In this document: positions 42,142 through 51,166 of the stretch, piece by piece
Layout: each line of letters begins with the position of its first letter
Position numbering within the stretch: position 1 is the stretch's first letter
Origin: Candidatus Roizmanbacteria bacterium
Lineage (GTDB): Bacteria > Patescibacteriota > Microgenomatia > UBA1406
DNA: 64,000 nucleotides
NCBI GenBank assembly: GCA_024654535.1
Contig: JANLHL010000042.1
Location: 13,312 to 77,311, forward strand
Direction of reading: 5' to 3'
Program-made: the position numbers and the translations under genes
The notes under the pieces: generated by a model
The model's input: the letters and a program-made list of their open reading frames with translations, nothing else
Databases searched by the model: none
What the model was told of the DNA's origin: nothing

Positions 42142-42636
42142 ATGAAATTATTATCACGTGCATTTTCAATACTATCGTGGATTTTTATAGCAGTATTCGC
42201 CTTGCTATTGGGTATTACGTATCTCTCAAATCAAAATGTGGGGTTATTTAATATGCATTCATTTCTTGTACTTTCTGGTTCAATGGAACCGACCATTATG
42301 ACTGGGGATATTATAATAATTAGTTCACAACCAACCTATACACAGCGCGATGTGGTAACGTTCAAGAATGTTGATGAAAGAATCGTAACGCACAGACTGA
42401 TCAAAAAAGTCGAAGAGGGAAAAACAGTGCGCTTTGAGACAAAAGGAGATGCAAATAGATCTGAAGATGAGGATCTTATCCAGCCAGACCAAATATTGGG
42501 TAAGGTTGTATTAGTTATTCCCAAGTTGGGATATCTTGTAGCATTCAGTAAAACGGTACCCGGATTCATAGTGTTTATCGCCATCCCTGCATTCTTGCTC
42601 TTGGTTGGAGAAATACTCGACCGTTTGCATGGGTAA
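42142..42636 (+). CDS. sipW: Signal peptidase I, SipW/archaeal-ER type (S26B), copy 1
   Basis: N-terminal TM, catalytic Ser box LSGSMEPTIMTGD, His box VTHRLIKK, C-terminal TM. Confidence 0.85.
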   Translation: MKLLSRAFSILSWIFIAVFALLLGITYLSNQNVGLFNMHSFLVLSGSMEPTIMTGDIIIISSQPTYTQRDVVTFKNVDERIVTHRLIKKVEEGKTVRFETKGDANRSEDEDLIQPDQILGKVVLVIPKLGYLVAFSKTVPGFIVFIAIPAFLLLVGEILDRLHG

Positions 42637-43201
42637 TGTGCATACCAAAGTTGCTCTTGTCCTTATTTTAGTGATGGGTATATTTCTTATGCGTACACAA
42701 AGAACATCTGCAGACATATTTGATGAAGAAACAATAAGCGGCAACAAATTTGCGGCAACAACACTTGAGATATCTACGCGAAATAGTGCAACTTTTGATA
42801 AAGAAACTTCCTTTTTTCAGCTGAGCGGTATGAAAAATGGAGGTTTTGCTGTCCGAGGCTTGCGTATAAAGAAAGATGGAAAAATGAATTTTCACTATCA
42901 TTTGAGCTCGCACACAAATAGTGAATCAGGGAACCTTTGTCACGTCCTAACAGTATCTTTATATGACAAAACATTTCATCAAATATACAGTGGGGGATTG
43001 ACGAGTTTTCAAATGGATAGAGACATAGATTCGTCTGGTTTAGACGAATGGATAGTATTATTGGCACTCAATACTGACTTGACCGGTAGCTCGCACCTGT
43101 GTAATTTTGATATAGTTATTAAGACCTATCGTGTATCTGCTGACGAGAAAGGAGGCTTTTATGACAAAAAAATACTTCAAAACACCATTACTGCAAACTA
43201 A
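42629..43201 (+). CDS. Second TasA-like/SipW-substrate protein (putative minor or accessory subunit)
   Basis: VALVLILVMGIFLMRTQRTSADIFDEETISGNKFAATTLEIS matches the SipW-cognate N-terminal pattern. The ATG overlaps the sipW1 stop by 8 nt. Confidence 0.65.
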   Translation: MGNVHTKVALVLILVMGIFLMRTQRTSADIFDEETISGNKFAATTLEISTRNSATFDKETSFFQLSGMKNGGFAVRGLRIKKDGKMNFHYHLSSHTNSESGNLCHVLTVSLYDKTFHQIYSGGLTSFQMDRDIDSSGLDEWIVLLALNTDLTGSSHLCNFDIVIKTYRVSADEKGGFYDKKILQNTITAN

Positions 43202-43205
43202 CAGT

Positions 43206-43751
43206 ATGCCGAAGCTACTGTCGTTTATAGATAGTCCTTACTACTATTTCGTGGTTCTATTGTTTATTGTATTTTGTTTTAGTCTTTTTATTTTCTCACG
43301 TGAACTACCGGGGGGGTTGCGAATTATGACAGCAAAATCTGACTCTATGATTCCGGCAATTACGAAAGGTGATCTCATGGTTGTTAAGGATGAATACAAT
43401 TGGTATGAAAAAGGTGATATTGTAACGTTTTATGCACAGAAGCCAGATGGCACAGAGGAAATAGTAACACACCGGATTTATTCGGTTTCAGGAAACGTAT
43501 ACATAACGAAAGGCGACCACAATGAAGCGATTGATGAGCAAAAGCTCAGGCCACGACTTATCATCGGGAAAGTAATTACTGTTATACGAAGCGTGGGACA
43601 TATTGTAGTTTTTTTAAAAAGTCCTATGGGTCAACTTCTCAGTATCGTTTTCCCAGGGCTATTTTTTTCCAGTATTGAGGTATTGCGAATAATTGCATAC
43701 TTCAGACAACGTACGAAAGATTATACAATTGAAATCACCGATTATGACTAA
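43206..43751 (+). CDS. sipW: Signal peptidase I, SipW/archaeal-ER type (S26B), copy 2
   Basis: TM helix, AKSDSMIPAITKGD, VTHRIYSV, C-terminal TM. Start MPKLLSF is 4 nt after the upstream stop; the track start 43131 overlaps the upstream CDS. Confidence 0.8.
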   Translation: MPKLLSFIDSPYYYFVVLLFIVFCFSLFIFSRELPGGLRIMTAKSDSMIPAITKGDLMVVKDEYNWYEKGDIVTFYAQKPDGTEEIVTHRIYSVSGNVYITKGDHNEAIDEQKLRPRLIIGKVITVIRSVGHIVVFLKSPMGQLLSIVFPGLFFSSIEVLRIIAYFRQRTKDYTIEITDYD

Positions 43752-45879
43752 AAAAATAACAGATTCTGCTCTCACGTTTGAAGAGTATAAGAAGCTTGTT
43801 TCTGCAAATCTTACTGTGTTAAGTCATTATCCGAATAATTGTGCTTTTTTTGATTACACACGTACCGATTTGGCACGAAAAGCATACAAACTGTACAAAA
43901 AGAGAAAACTTGTTCCTAAACTTCTTACGAAAGGATATTTGAGTTGTGCCATATTACCCACAGACATTTCAGATATGTCGATAGAACAGTTCAAGGCACT
44001 CCGTGGATTATATGGGGACGCTCTCACAAGACTTAGATTGATAGATGATAATTTTTTTAAACACTTGAAAAATGCCACATTAGAGAACGTCCTGAATACA
44101 GGAGGTGCCTGTGCGATTGAAAGCACAGATACAAAGATACTCAATACCTTTAGAAATAAGAAAAGGCCTGACCTTATCATTCCCTATATAAAAGAAATAG
44201 CTAAGGCAACCCCTACATGGTCTCAGATCACCGGGGCACTCGTTGCAATGAGAGGAGTAAATGTGATGTATGACGAAACGTATCCTTGGTATTTGAGATT
44301 TGAACAATATGGCATCACTGGAGCAGAAAAACTTGTAAAGCAAATATATGATGGAATATATTCTGCGGTTGTACGTTATGCAAAGCTGCAGAATCCAGAA
44401 AGCACTGTTATTCGTATCCCTTTTACTGATTTGAACTTAGAGAATGATGGCAGTTTGAGGGAATTGTATGAGCTTTATAAGGAAAATATACGTTCAATAG
44501 GGTTAGACAAAAAAAATAAGAGCGTCTTTATCTATAATTCCGATTTGAATAAGAAAATGTGGGTAGAGTATACCTATAGAGGTCCACGTATTTTAGAAAA
44601 GCTTAAAGGCGTTCTGCAAAAAAAATATCCCAAGGTATTTGATACATACAACATTAACAAGGCTGCGCTACATATTCGCTCAAAACAAATTGACCATTTA
44701 ACAATAGAGCGACAAGATTCATGGCTGTGTGACATAGTCTTGAATGGTAGTAGTACAAATAATCAGATGAAGAACCGCAAGATTACACATTTATTAAAAA
44801 TGTACAACAAGGTACACGGACTTGGACTTCTGATGTGGTTCAAGGATAACTACAGCACTGTACCAGTAGGGTTTGCTGGGATGCTCGATTTTGTATACGA
44901 GGGAAGTATGGTGCACGAGTACCCAAGGAAAACTCTGTTAGAAGATGTCCTTCAAGGCAAAGCACCCCTGCAATCGCTTACCGACTCTGTGTTTCGACCA
45001 AATGCAGCCAATATAAAAAAAGTTATCCTTTTCCTAAAAAAATACACATATACACCAAAGTTAACAGTGTCTAAAGATACGCTTAGTAATATTGATAGAC
45101 TTATCAGCCAAGAAAAGAAACTGCTTAATAAGATCAATAACCTCAATCTATTACTTTTCGATTTTGAACTGTATAACAGGTTGTGGATGCGCTATAGAGA
45201 GCGAGTAAATGGAAAAAATCAATTAGTAAAACAGGTAACGATAAATACCTTTTACTATAAAAATATACATGGCTCTGAATTATTTCGTTCCCTCGTTCGT
45301 CGATATAAGTATGATCATTTATTAATTCCATCGGGAAAAAATAAAGACGACGAGTGGAGAAGAAAAGCAGAGTCATCACTTGGTTCATTTTTATCAAAAA
45401 TAACAATCACTCATGAAAATCAGGCCAAAATAGAGTTTTCCATGATGTTCAATACTGACGACGACGTATTTGGAGATAAACTTTATGATCTTGTACGTAA
45501 AGAGTTTGTTATAGATAAAGACTATCTCAACAAACTGAAAGGTGAGTTAGCTGATGTGCGCAATAGTATAAATTCAATTGTAACAAAAATTGAGATTTCT
45601 GTTCCTCAGCTGGAACTGCTCTCAAATAAAGAGCCGGTACATATCTTACCCTTAGCCGATAATTATTTTGTTTCTTTTATGCAGCAGTTTTTGTTTGTCC
45701 CCAGTATTCGAACTGCCTATATTGAACTTACCGTTATTGAGCAAGAGAAGGGAAGTATAAAAGAAAAAGAAGAGAAAATAACAAAAACATGTCAAAAAGT
45801 ATTTCCAATAATCGAAAAACTACTGCTCTATGTTTTTAAAGGTGGAGTATATCCGCACCAAGAAAGATATTCCGTATAA
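43744..45879 (+). CDS. Large hypothetical cytoplasmic protein (711 aa), translationally coupled to sipW 2
   Basis: ATG 43744 overlaps the sipW2 stop by 8 nt. Lys/Asn/Tyr-rich. No signal peptide, TM helix, Walker or HExxH motif recognised. Confidence 0.7.
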   Translation: MTKKITDSALTFEEYKKLVSANLTVLSHYPNNCAFFDYTRTDLARKAYKLYKKRKLVPKLLTKGYLSCAILPTDISDMSIEQFKALRGLYGDALTRLRLIDDNFFKHLKNATLENVLNTGGACAIESTDTKILNTFRNKKRPDLIIPYIKEIAKATPTWSQITGALVAMRGVNVMYDETYPWYLRFEQYGITGAEKLVKQIYDGIYSAVVRYAKLQNPESTVIRIPFTDLNLENDGSLRELYELYKENIRSIGLDKKNKSVFIYNSDLNKKMWVEYTYRGPRILEKLKGVLQKKYPKVFDTYNINKAALHIRSKQIDHLTIERQDSWLCDIVLNGSSTNNQMKNRKITHLLKMYNKVHGLGLLMWFKDNYSTVPVGFAGMLDFVYEGSMVHEYPRKTLLEDVLQGKAPLQSLTDSVFRPNAANIKKVILFLKKYTYTPKLTVSKDTLSNIDRLISQEKKLLNKINNLNLLLFDFELYNRLWMRYRERVNGKNQLVKQVTINTFYYKNIHGSELFRSLVRRYKYDHLLIPSGKNKDDEWRRKAESSLGSFLSKITITHENQAKIEFSMMFNTDDDVFGDKLYDLVRKEFVIDKDYLNKLKGELADVRNSINSIVTKIEISVPQLELLSNKEPVHILPLADNYFVSFMQQFLFVPSIRTAYIELTVIEQEKGSIKEKEEKITKTCQKVFPIIEKLLLYVFKGGVYPHQERYSV

Positions 45880-45886
45880 GCACATA

Positions 45887-45915
45887 TTGACATTGTGTAG
45901 AGCATTTGCTACCTT
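45887..45915 (+). promoter_or_regulatory. Candidate promoter of NDT-like/RHH paralog 2 (TTGACA-17-TACCTT)
   Basis: TTGACA at 45887-45892, 17-nt spacer, TACCTT at 45910-45915, then 8 nt to ATG 45924. Confidence 0.4.
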
Positions 45916-45923
45916 TATTCTAT

Positions 45924-46493
45924 ATGAAGGTTTTTTTCGATGCAACATATCAAGGTCACCAGTTTTTCGGTGATTTCTATGAGGAAATTTATAACGAAAT
46001 TGCAAAGATAGGTCATACGCATCTTATTAATGATGCAATTCGCATGACCGAAGAAGTCTATAAAAAGGAACTTGGGAGTGACAGAAAAAAACAGAATGAC
46101 TATTATTCATATAAGATTGAAAATCTAAAGAAAGCGGATATTTGTATATTCGACGTAAGCTATCATAGCCTCGGGATAGGGTATATGATTCAGCGTTCAT
46201 TAGAGGAGGGAAAGCCAACGATCGCGCTCTTTCATAAGGATAATAATCCTATTTTCTTGGAGGGAATCGAAGATGAGCGTTTTTTTCTTATTCCTTATGA
46301 CAAAAATAATCTGAAAGAAGTACTTAAAAAATCTATAAGAAAAGCGAGTGATCTGAGAGATAAACGGTTTAATTTTTTTATTACGCCAAAACTTTTACGG
46401 TATCTGGATAAAGTAAGTAAGACAGATGGAATTACTAAGTCTGTCTTTATACGTAACCTGATACTAGAGCATATGAGAAGAAATTCTGCCTGA
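45924..46493 (+). CDS. Nucleoside 2-deoxyribosyltransferase-like domain fused to ribbon-helix-helix domain (paralog of 14295..14849)
   Basis: MKVFFDATY..., ADICIFDVSYHSLGIGYMIQRSLEEGKPTIALF, and C-terminus RFNFFITPKLLRYLDKVSKTDGITKSVFIRNLILEH. Start taken at MKVFF by analogy with MKAYF in the paralog. Confidence 0.6.
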   Translation: MKVFFDATYQGHQFFGDFYEEIYNEIAKIGHTHLINDAIRMTEEVYKKELGSDRKKQNDYYSYKIENLKKADICIFDVSYHSLGIGYMIQRSLEEGKPTIALFHKDNNPIFLEGIEDERFFLIPYDKNNLKEVLKKSIRKASDLRDKRFNFFITPKLLRYLDKVSKTDGITKSVFIRNLILEHMRRNSA

Positions 46494-46507
46494 GTTTTCA
46501 CAAACAT

Positions 46508-46536
46508 TTGACAAAAAATAATATTTTCCCCATAAT
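46508..46536 (+). promoter_or_regulatory. Consensus-like promoter (TTGACA-17-CATAAT), 6 nt before ATG 46543 (leaderless)
   Basis: TTGACA at 46508-46513, 17-nt spacer, CATAAT at 46531-46536, then ggtttt ATG. Confidence 0.5.
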
Positions 46537-46542
46537 GGTTTT

Positions 46543-47421
46543 ATGGATCAAACAGACGATCAACAAGTCACAAATCAAAACCAGGGTACGCCAACCGTTC
46601 CTGCTGTACAACCTCTCGCTTCTGACCCTGTCGTGCCGTCACCTGTTCAGCCAGTAGCGCCTTTGATGCAGGATGTTGGTAGTCTAGATAAAATAGATTT
46701 GAGCTCACAACAAGATATTAATCCAGACGATCTTCGAAATAAACTCAACGAAACATTACAACCACCCGTAGCACCGACGACAGATCCTATGTCTCAAGTA
46801 TCATCAAAAGAACCAGTAGCACAAGCACCTGTCGAACCAACTACAGTGCAGACTCCGGCACAAGAGTCATCGAGCCAGACAAGCGATGTAGTTTCCGAAC
46901 AGCATACTGAGGAAAAACAACCCGAGCCTACAGGAGCATCTGTTATAGTGTATACCATTGATAATTGCCCATTCTGTAAGGCTGAGAAAGATTATTTGAC
47001 TGCACATTCGATAGCTTTTGAAGAAAAAAGAGTTGATTCTAGTGAAGAAAATCTGAAAGAAATGTTGGCACTGAGCGATAATTTTGCTGGAGTTCCAGTT
47101 ACGCACCTAAAAGGTGTAAGTAGTCAGCGCGTTGTAAAAGGCTTTACAGAGACGGAATTTACACAAGAATTAATAGACGTGGGATTTTTGAAACCAGAGG
47201 AAGCTCCCGAAGCTTCTGAAGTTCAGCCCATTTCGACCACTGAGGCACCTGTAGAGCAATCAGCTGTACAAGCTACTCAAGATCCTATTTCTCAACAACC
47301 AGTGACGGCTCCAACATCAACCCCAGAAGCACCTGAGCAGCAATCACAACCAGTAATGAATCAGGAAACGCCTGTCGTTGCTGATCAAACTCCAAGTATC
47401 CCAGATTTCCCACAGAAATAA
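46543..47421 (+). CDS. Glutaredoxin-like protein flanked by long Pro/Gln/Thr/Val-rich low-complexity regions
   Basis: Central VIVYTIDNCPFCKAEKDYLTAHSIAFEEKRVD (CPFC active site, Grx/NrdH fold). About 130 aa N-terminal and 80 aa C-terminal low-complexity sequence. Confidence 0.75.
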   Translation: MDQTDDQQVTNQNQGTPTVPAVQPLASDPVVPSPVQPVAPLMQDVGSLDKIDLSSQQDINPDDLRNKLNETLQPPVAPTTDPMSQVSSKEPVAQAPVEPTTVQTPAQESSSQTSDVVSEQHTEEKQPEPTGASVIVYTIDNCPFCKAEKDYLTAHSIAFEEKRVDSSEENLKEMLALSDNFAGVPVTHLKGVSSQRVVKGFTETEFTQELIDVGFLKPEEAPEASEVQPISTTEAPVEQSAVQATQDPISQQPVTAPTSTPEAPEQQSQPVMNQETPVVADQTPSIPDFPQK

Positions 47422-47519
47422 GCTAGTCAGAAAATGCGCGTACACTTTCGATCTTTGATTCTTTGTTTTTGAAATTTATTTTTTATTGGATATTGAATAT
47501 TTCTCTGTATACTGTTTAT

Positions 47520-49691
47520 ATGCGACGATTTTGTATTGCACTTATAGTTTTGATTATTGTTGTGCCGTCGGCTTTTGCGAATGGCAAACTTGGTGTCAAC
47601 ATTGCCGGTCGGTATACAGATTTTGAACAAGCACTTTCATTTGCGGGTGAAAACGGATGGATAGTAATTGCTTCAGAGCCAACAGAAAGACTGTCGAGTT
47701 TTATATTAGGTGCTCAAGAAAAAAAGATTCACGTTATTATACGCGGACATTATCCAGGTATTGCATTAACGACTCAATACGCACAACAGTGGGTGAATTT
47801 TTTCGCCACGCACAACTTTCCAAATAGAGTGTATTTTATACCAGCCAATGAACCAAATAATACACAAGAAAATACTGGATCTATCGACTCTGTAAAAACA
47901 TACACACAATATTTACTCGATCAAGTATCTGCACAGGGTTTGCGAAAAACAAGTGTCTATATACTTGCTCCTGCGCTCGATATATATCAACTTGCCGATA
48001 CCAATAGTGCAATATATACCCAAATGGGTGGCCCAACGTTTTTTAGTCAGTTTGATGGAATCCCTTTACATTTATATGTAGAAATGACACCTCAAGGAAT
48101 CGTAGATGAGTCGGTACACCCTTATAAAATGGGAAATTGGAAGAAGATACTAGCGGATATGAAGCTAGAAAATATGCCGGTTTTTATTGATGAAACAGGA
48201 GTTCGTTGTTTTTCGTGCACCACTCCAGACGTTGGAGGTAAGGATAAAGTAAAATATCCGTATGGAGCATCGTACCAAAAGATATATGCTAATTTTCTCA
48301 CGTACGTTAAGAATAAACAAGATTGGGGAAATGCTCAGGTGCGTACGTTTGATGTGCTTTCGTATGATCCGGTTGACTTTGGACGATCGAGTTGGCTGAG
48401 CGAGAATGGCATTCAAGATATGAATACTCTTGGCGAGAGCATAGGGAGTACAGAGGATGTTGTCTATGCGACAGAACATGGGACAAATACAGTTTTTAAT
48501 TCACAAACAGGTAGTGGCATTACAACAGGTACACAGACAGAAAAAAATCTGTTTAGTTTAGCAACAGATACATTTTTAATGAATGCGGGTGGTGCAAAAC
48601 CCGCCGCACTAGTAATGCAAGATACAGATACACACAAAGTTTTTTCTCAAAAAAAAGCGGTAGAGAATGCAGATTTTGCTCGTAGTGGGCACGTTTCAGC
48701 AACAGCTGAGACGATAGAAGAAAAACAGGGTTTTTGGCAAAAGATCCAAGATGCAGTCACAGATCTTTCGGCAGCGTTTGGATTTATTTTAGACTCTGCT
48801 ACCAGCAAGAATGTAGGATATGCGCTTTCTTTATCTCCACAGCTTGCGCACACAGCGTTTAGCGGAAGAGGGGCTGGCGTAGTCGATCTATCTGGTGAAA
48901 GTGAAAGCGTTCACAGTAAGCTTTTGGCATGGTATACGCCATATTCTATGCATACTACTGTAGTGCGTTCAGCACCTCTCAATAACACTCAGGTAGTAAT
49001 AGCTGGTAGCTCAGCAGATGTTGTTCCAGAGACAGGGACAACATCTGACGTAGTGCCGTCACAGACCTCGTCAGATGCGGCACGCAAACTGTTTTTGATA
49101 ACTGGCTATGGATGTGGGTGGGCACGTATCGAAGGGGTTGTATTGACGGAAAAACTAACAATACCTATTACAAAAGATAATTATACATGTTTGCAGAAAC
49201 CCCTTAAAGACGAAAGCGGAAAACCGTTTCTAATGTCGACCGGAGCGTATGAACTGCTTAAAGCGTCTGCACAATCATATAAATATCTACAATGTGTCGG
49301 ATTTGCTATGGCGACACAAAAAGAGAAAATCATTTTACCCGCAGCACAAGATTCGGCAACGGGCTTATCGGGAAATACATGGATTCATAGTGATTTTATA
49401 GACCCGAATCTTGCGATAGAGGGACGAAATGCAAAAGATTACTGTTCGTACAATGCTCCAAAAGGGTATGCACGTTTTGTGCCAGACCCTAAAGACAGTA
49501 CGGGAGGCATACGAGTAGGCGATTTGGTAGTATGGACGTATGCACCATGGGGACATATAGCGGTTGTGGGAAACGTGAACCCGAAAAATAAAACGATATC
49601 TGTGTACGAAGCAAATTGGGGAGGAAAAGGGGTAGTGCACTCCCGCCAAACCGTAGCATTACAAGTTGATTGTTATTTACGCAGCAAATAA
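47520..49691 (+). CDS. Secreted two-domain hydrolase: N-terminal clan GH-A-like glycosidase domain + C-terminal CHAP amidase/peptidase domain
   Basis: Signal peptide MRRFCIALIVLIIVVPSAFA (start supported by TATACT-gtttat-ATG). FIPANEPNN and VFIDETGV are GH-A acid/base and nucleophile-like motifs. CHAP motifs: YLQCVGFA (Cys) and PWGHIAVVGN (His). Confidence 0.7.
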   Translation: MRRFCIALIVLIIVVPSAFANGKLGVNIAGRYTDFEQALSFAGENGWIVIASEPTERLSSFILGAQEKKIHVIIRGHYPGIALTTQYAQQWVNFFATHNFPNRVYFIPANEPNNTQENTGSIDSVKTYTQYLLDQVSAQGLRKTSVYILAPALDIYQLADTNSAIYTQMGGPTFFSQFDGIPLHLYVEMTPQGIVDESVHPYKMGNWKKILADMKLENMPVFIDETGVRCFSCTTPDVGGKDKVKYPYGASYQKIYANFLTYVKNKQDWGNAQVRTFDVLSYDPVDFGRSSWLSENGIQDMNTLGESIGSTEDVVYATEHGTNTVFNSQTGSGITTGTQTEKNLFSLATDTFLMNAGGAKPAALVMQDTDTHKVFSQKKAVENADFARSGHVSATAETIEEKQGFWQKIQDAVTDLSAAFGFILDSATSKNVGYALSLSPQLAHTAFSGRGAGVVDLSGESESVHSKLLAWYTPYSMHTTVVRSAPLNNTQVVIAGSSADVVPETGTTSDVVPSQTSSDAARKLFLITGYGCGWARIEGVVLTEKLTIPITKDNYTCLQKPLKDESGKPFLMSTGAYELLKASAQSYKYLQCVGFAMATQKEKIILPAAQDSATGLSGNTWIHSDFIDPNLAIEGRNAKDYCSYNAPKGYARFVPDPKDSTGGIRVGDLVVWTYAPWGHIAVVGNVNPKNKTISVYEANWGGKGVVHSRQTVALQVDCYLRSK

Positions 49692-49694
49692 TCT

Positions 49695-50429
49695 ATGGAT
49701 ACCATACGTAAAAAATTAATAGTACTGGTAGGCATATCATTTATCTTTGTTGTTAGTGTACTTATACTTGTCGTTTCAACATTGCGAAAAACGAGTATCC
49801 AACCCGTTTTACCAACGCCAACTGTTCCTGTACAGTACACAACCCCTGTTCCTACTCTTTCAACTGCACTGCGTGTACTATCGAGTAAGCCAGTGGATGG
49901 AGAAACTAATGTAGCTGTCACTCTCGATGCAATACGTATATTGTTCAACGCTCCGCAAAAAATAGAGCAATTCCAAGTGTATTTTGGTGCTAAGAATGCA
50001 AAAACAAGTATTGGTACTAATGTTACATCCGAAGGAAATCAGCTGGTTATTCAGCCGCTCATGACGCTTACCCCAAAAACCGAGTTTACTCTTACTATCC
50101 GTAGTGCTAGTAGCGATACCTTTGTATATTCACTGTCGTTTACAACGGTCGATGTTCTTGCTGTGGATACATTTCCAACAGGATTTGACACTTATACAGA
50201 ACAGAAAGATTTAAAAGAACGACCAGATATTTATCTGGCAAATAAATTACCGTACGCAACTGATTCTTTTATCATGACACTGGAAGTTCCAGATAATGGT
50301 GCATATATTTATCACGTGAAATCAAAAATAACGGACGTGAAAAAAGTGCGCAATGACGTTGTTATATGGCTAAAATCTATCGGAATAACACCCGAAAACA
50401 GTGCGGGTTTTGATATACGGTACGAATAG
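49695..50429 (+). CDS. Membrane-anchored protein with SbsA/Big_5-like Ig domain
   Basis: TM LIVLVGISFIFVVSVLILVV and LRVLSSKPVDGETNVAVTLDAIRILFNAP. Starts 4 nt after the upstream stop. Confidence 0.6.
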   Translation: MDTIRKKLIVLVGISFIFVVSVLILVVSTLRKTSIQPVLPTPTVPVQYTTPVPTLSTALRVLSSKPVDGETNVAVTLDAIRILFNAPQKIEQFQVYFGAKNAKTSIGTNVTSEGNQLVIQPLMTLTPKTEFTLTIRSASSDTFVYSLSFTTVDVLAVDTFPTGFDTYTEQKDLKERPDIYLANKLPYATDSFIMTLEVPDNGAYIYHVKSKITDVKKVRNDVVIWLKSIGITPENSAGFDIRYE

Positions 50430-50464
50430 AAAGTCAAAACGTAAAGCGTAAAGTGTTTTGTTGA

Positions 50465-51103
50465 TTATAAAATCCCTCCTACTGCGTGTGGAAGCATGAG
50501 TGATGTGACAAATGATATCGAAGGACTGATTAATAATGATAAGACAGAATTATTACCAAAGAGCGGGAATATCAAGAGGATAAGTATGATTATGCCATAA
50601 TTGCTCAGTTGGTTCCATTCTTCGCGAGATTGAGCAGGTAAGAGCCCGCTGACTATACGAAATCCATCGAGTGGATAGACAGGGATGAGGTTGAAAATTG
50701 CCAACATTACGTTTAAACGCACCGCATACATAAATAGCTGTATGATTGGTGTATTAGAAGCAATGACTCCAACGAGAAGGGCGAACACAATAGCGGTAAG
50801 TAGGCTACTCACCGGTCCAGCAAGTGCTATGTAGGCACTATCTCTGTGAGGATTTTTCAGATTGTAGGGGTCGTACACGACTGGTTTGCCCCAGCCAAAA
50901 CCAATCATTACAATAAGAAGCATACCGATGGGATCCAAATGTGCTAATGGATTTATCGTGAGACGTCCTTGTGCACGCGGTGTCGGATCACCTAAACGAT
51001 CGGCAATTAGTGCGTGACTAAACTCATGGACACCTATAGAAAAAATCAGTATGAGTGCAAGAATAACAAAAGTAATAGGTGATTGAAATAATAATGCCAA
51101 CAT
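50465..51103 (-). CDS. Site-2 protease family (M50) membrane metalloprotease
   Basis: HEFSHALIADRLGD (HExxH) and NLIPVYPLDG. Start set at ATG 51103, which has TATACT-atccct-ATG; the track TTG 51127 lies upstream of that -10. Confidence 0.8.
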   Translation of the reverse strand: MLALLFQSPITFVILALILIFSIGVHEFSHALIADRLGDPTPRAQGRLTINPLAHLDPIGMLLIVMIGFGWGKPVVYDPYNLKNPHRDSAYIALAGPVSSLLTAIVFALLVGVIASNTPIIQLFMYAVRLNVMLAIFNLIPVYPLDGFRIVSGLLPAQSREEWNQLSNYGIIILILLIFPLFGNNSVLSLLISPSISFVTSLMLPHAVGGIL

Positions 51104-51166
51104 AGGGATAGTATATACCAAGTACAATTAATTTTGTATTAGACGTGGTATAGTATAGTTCATACT

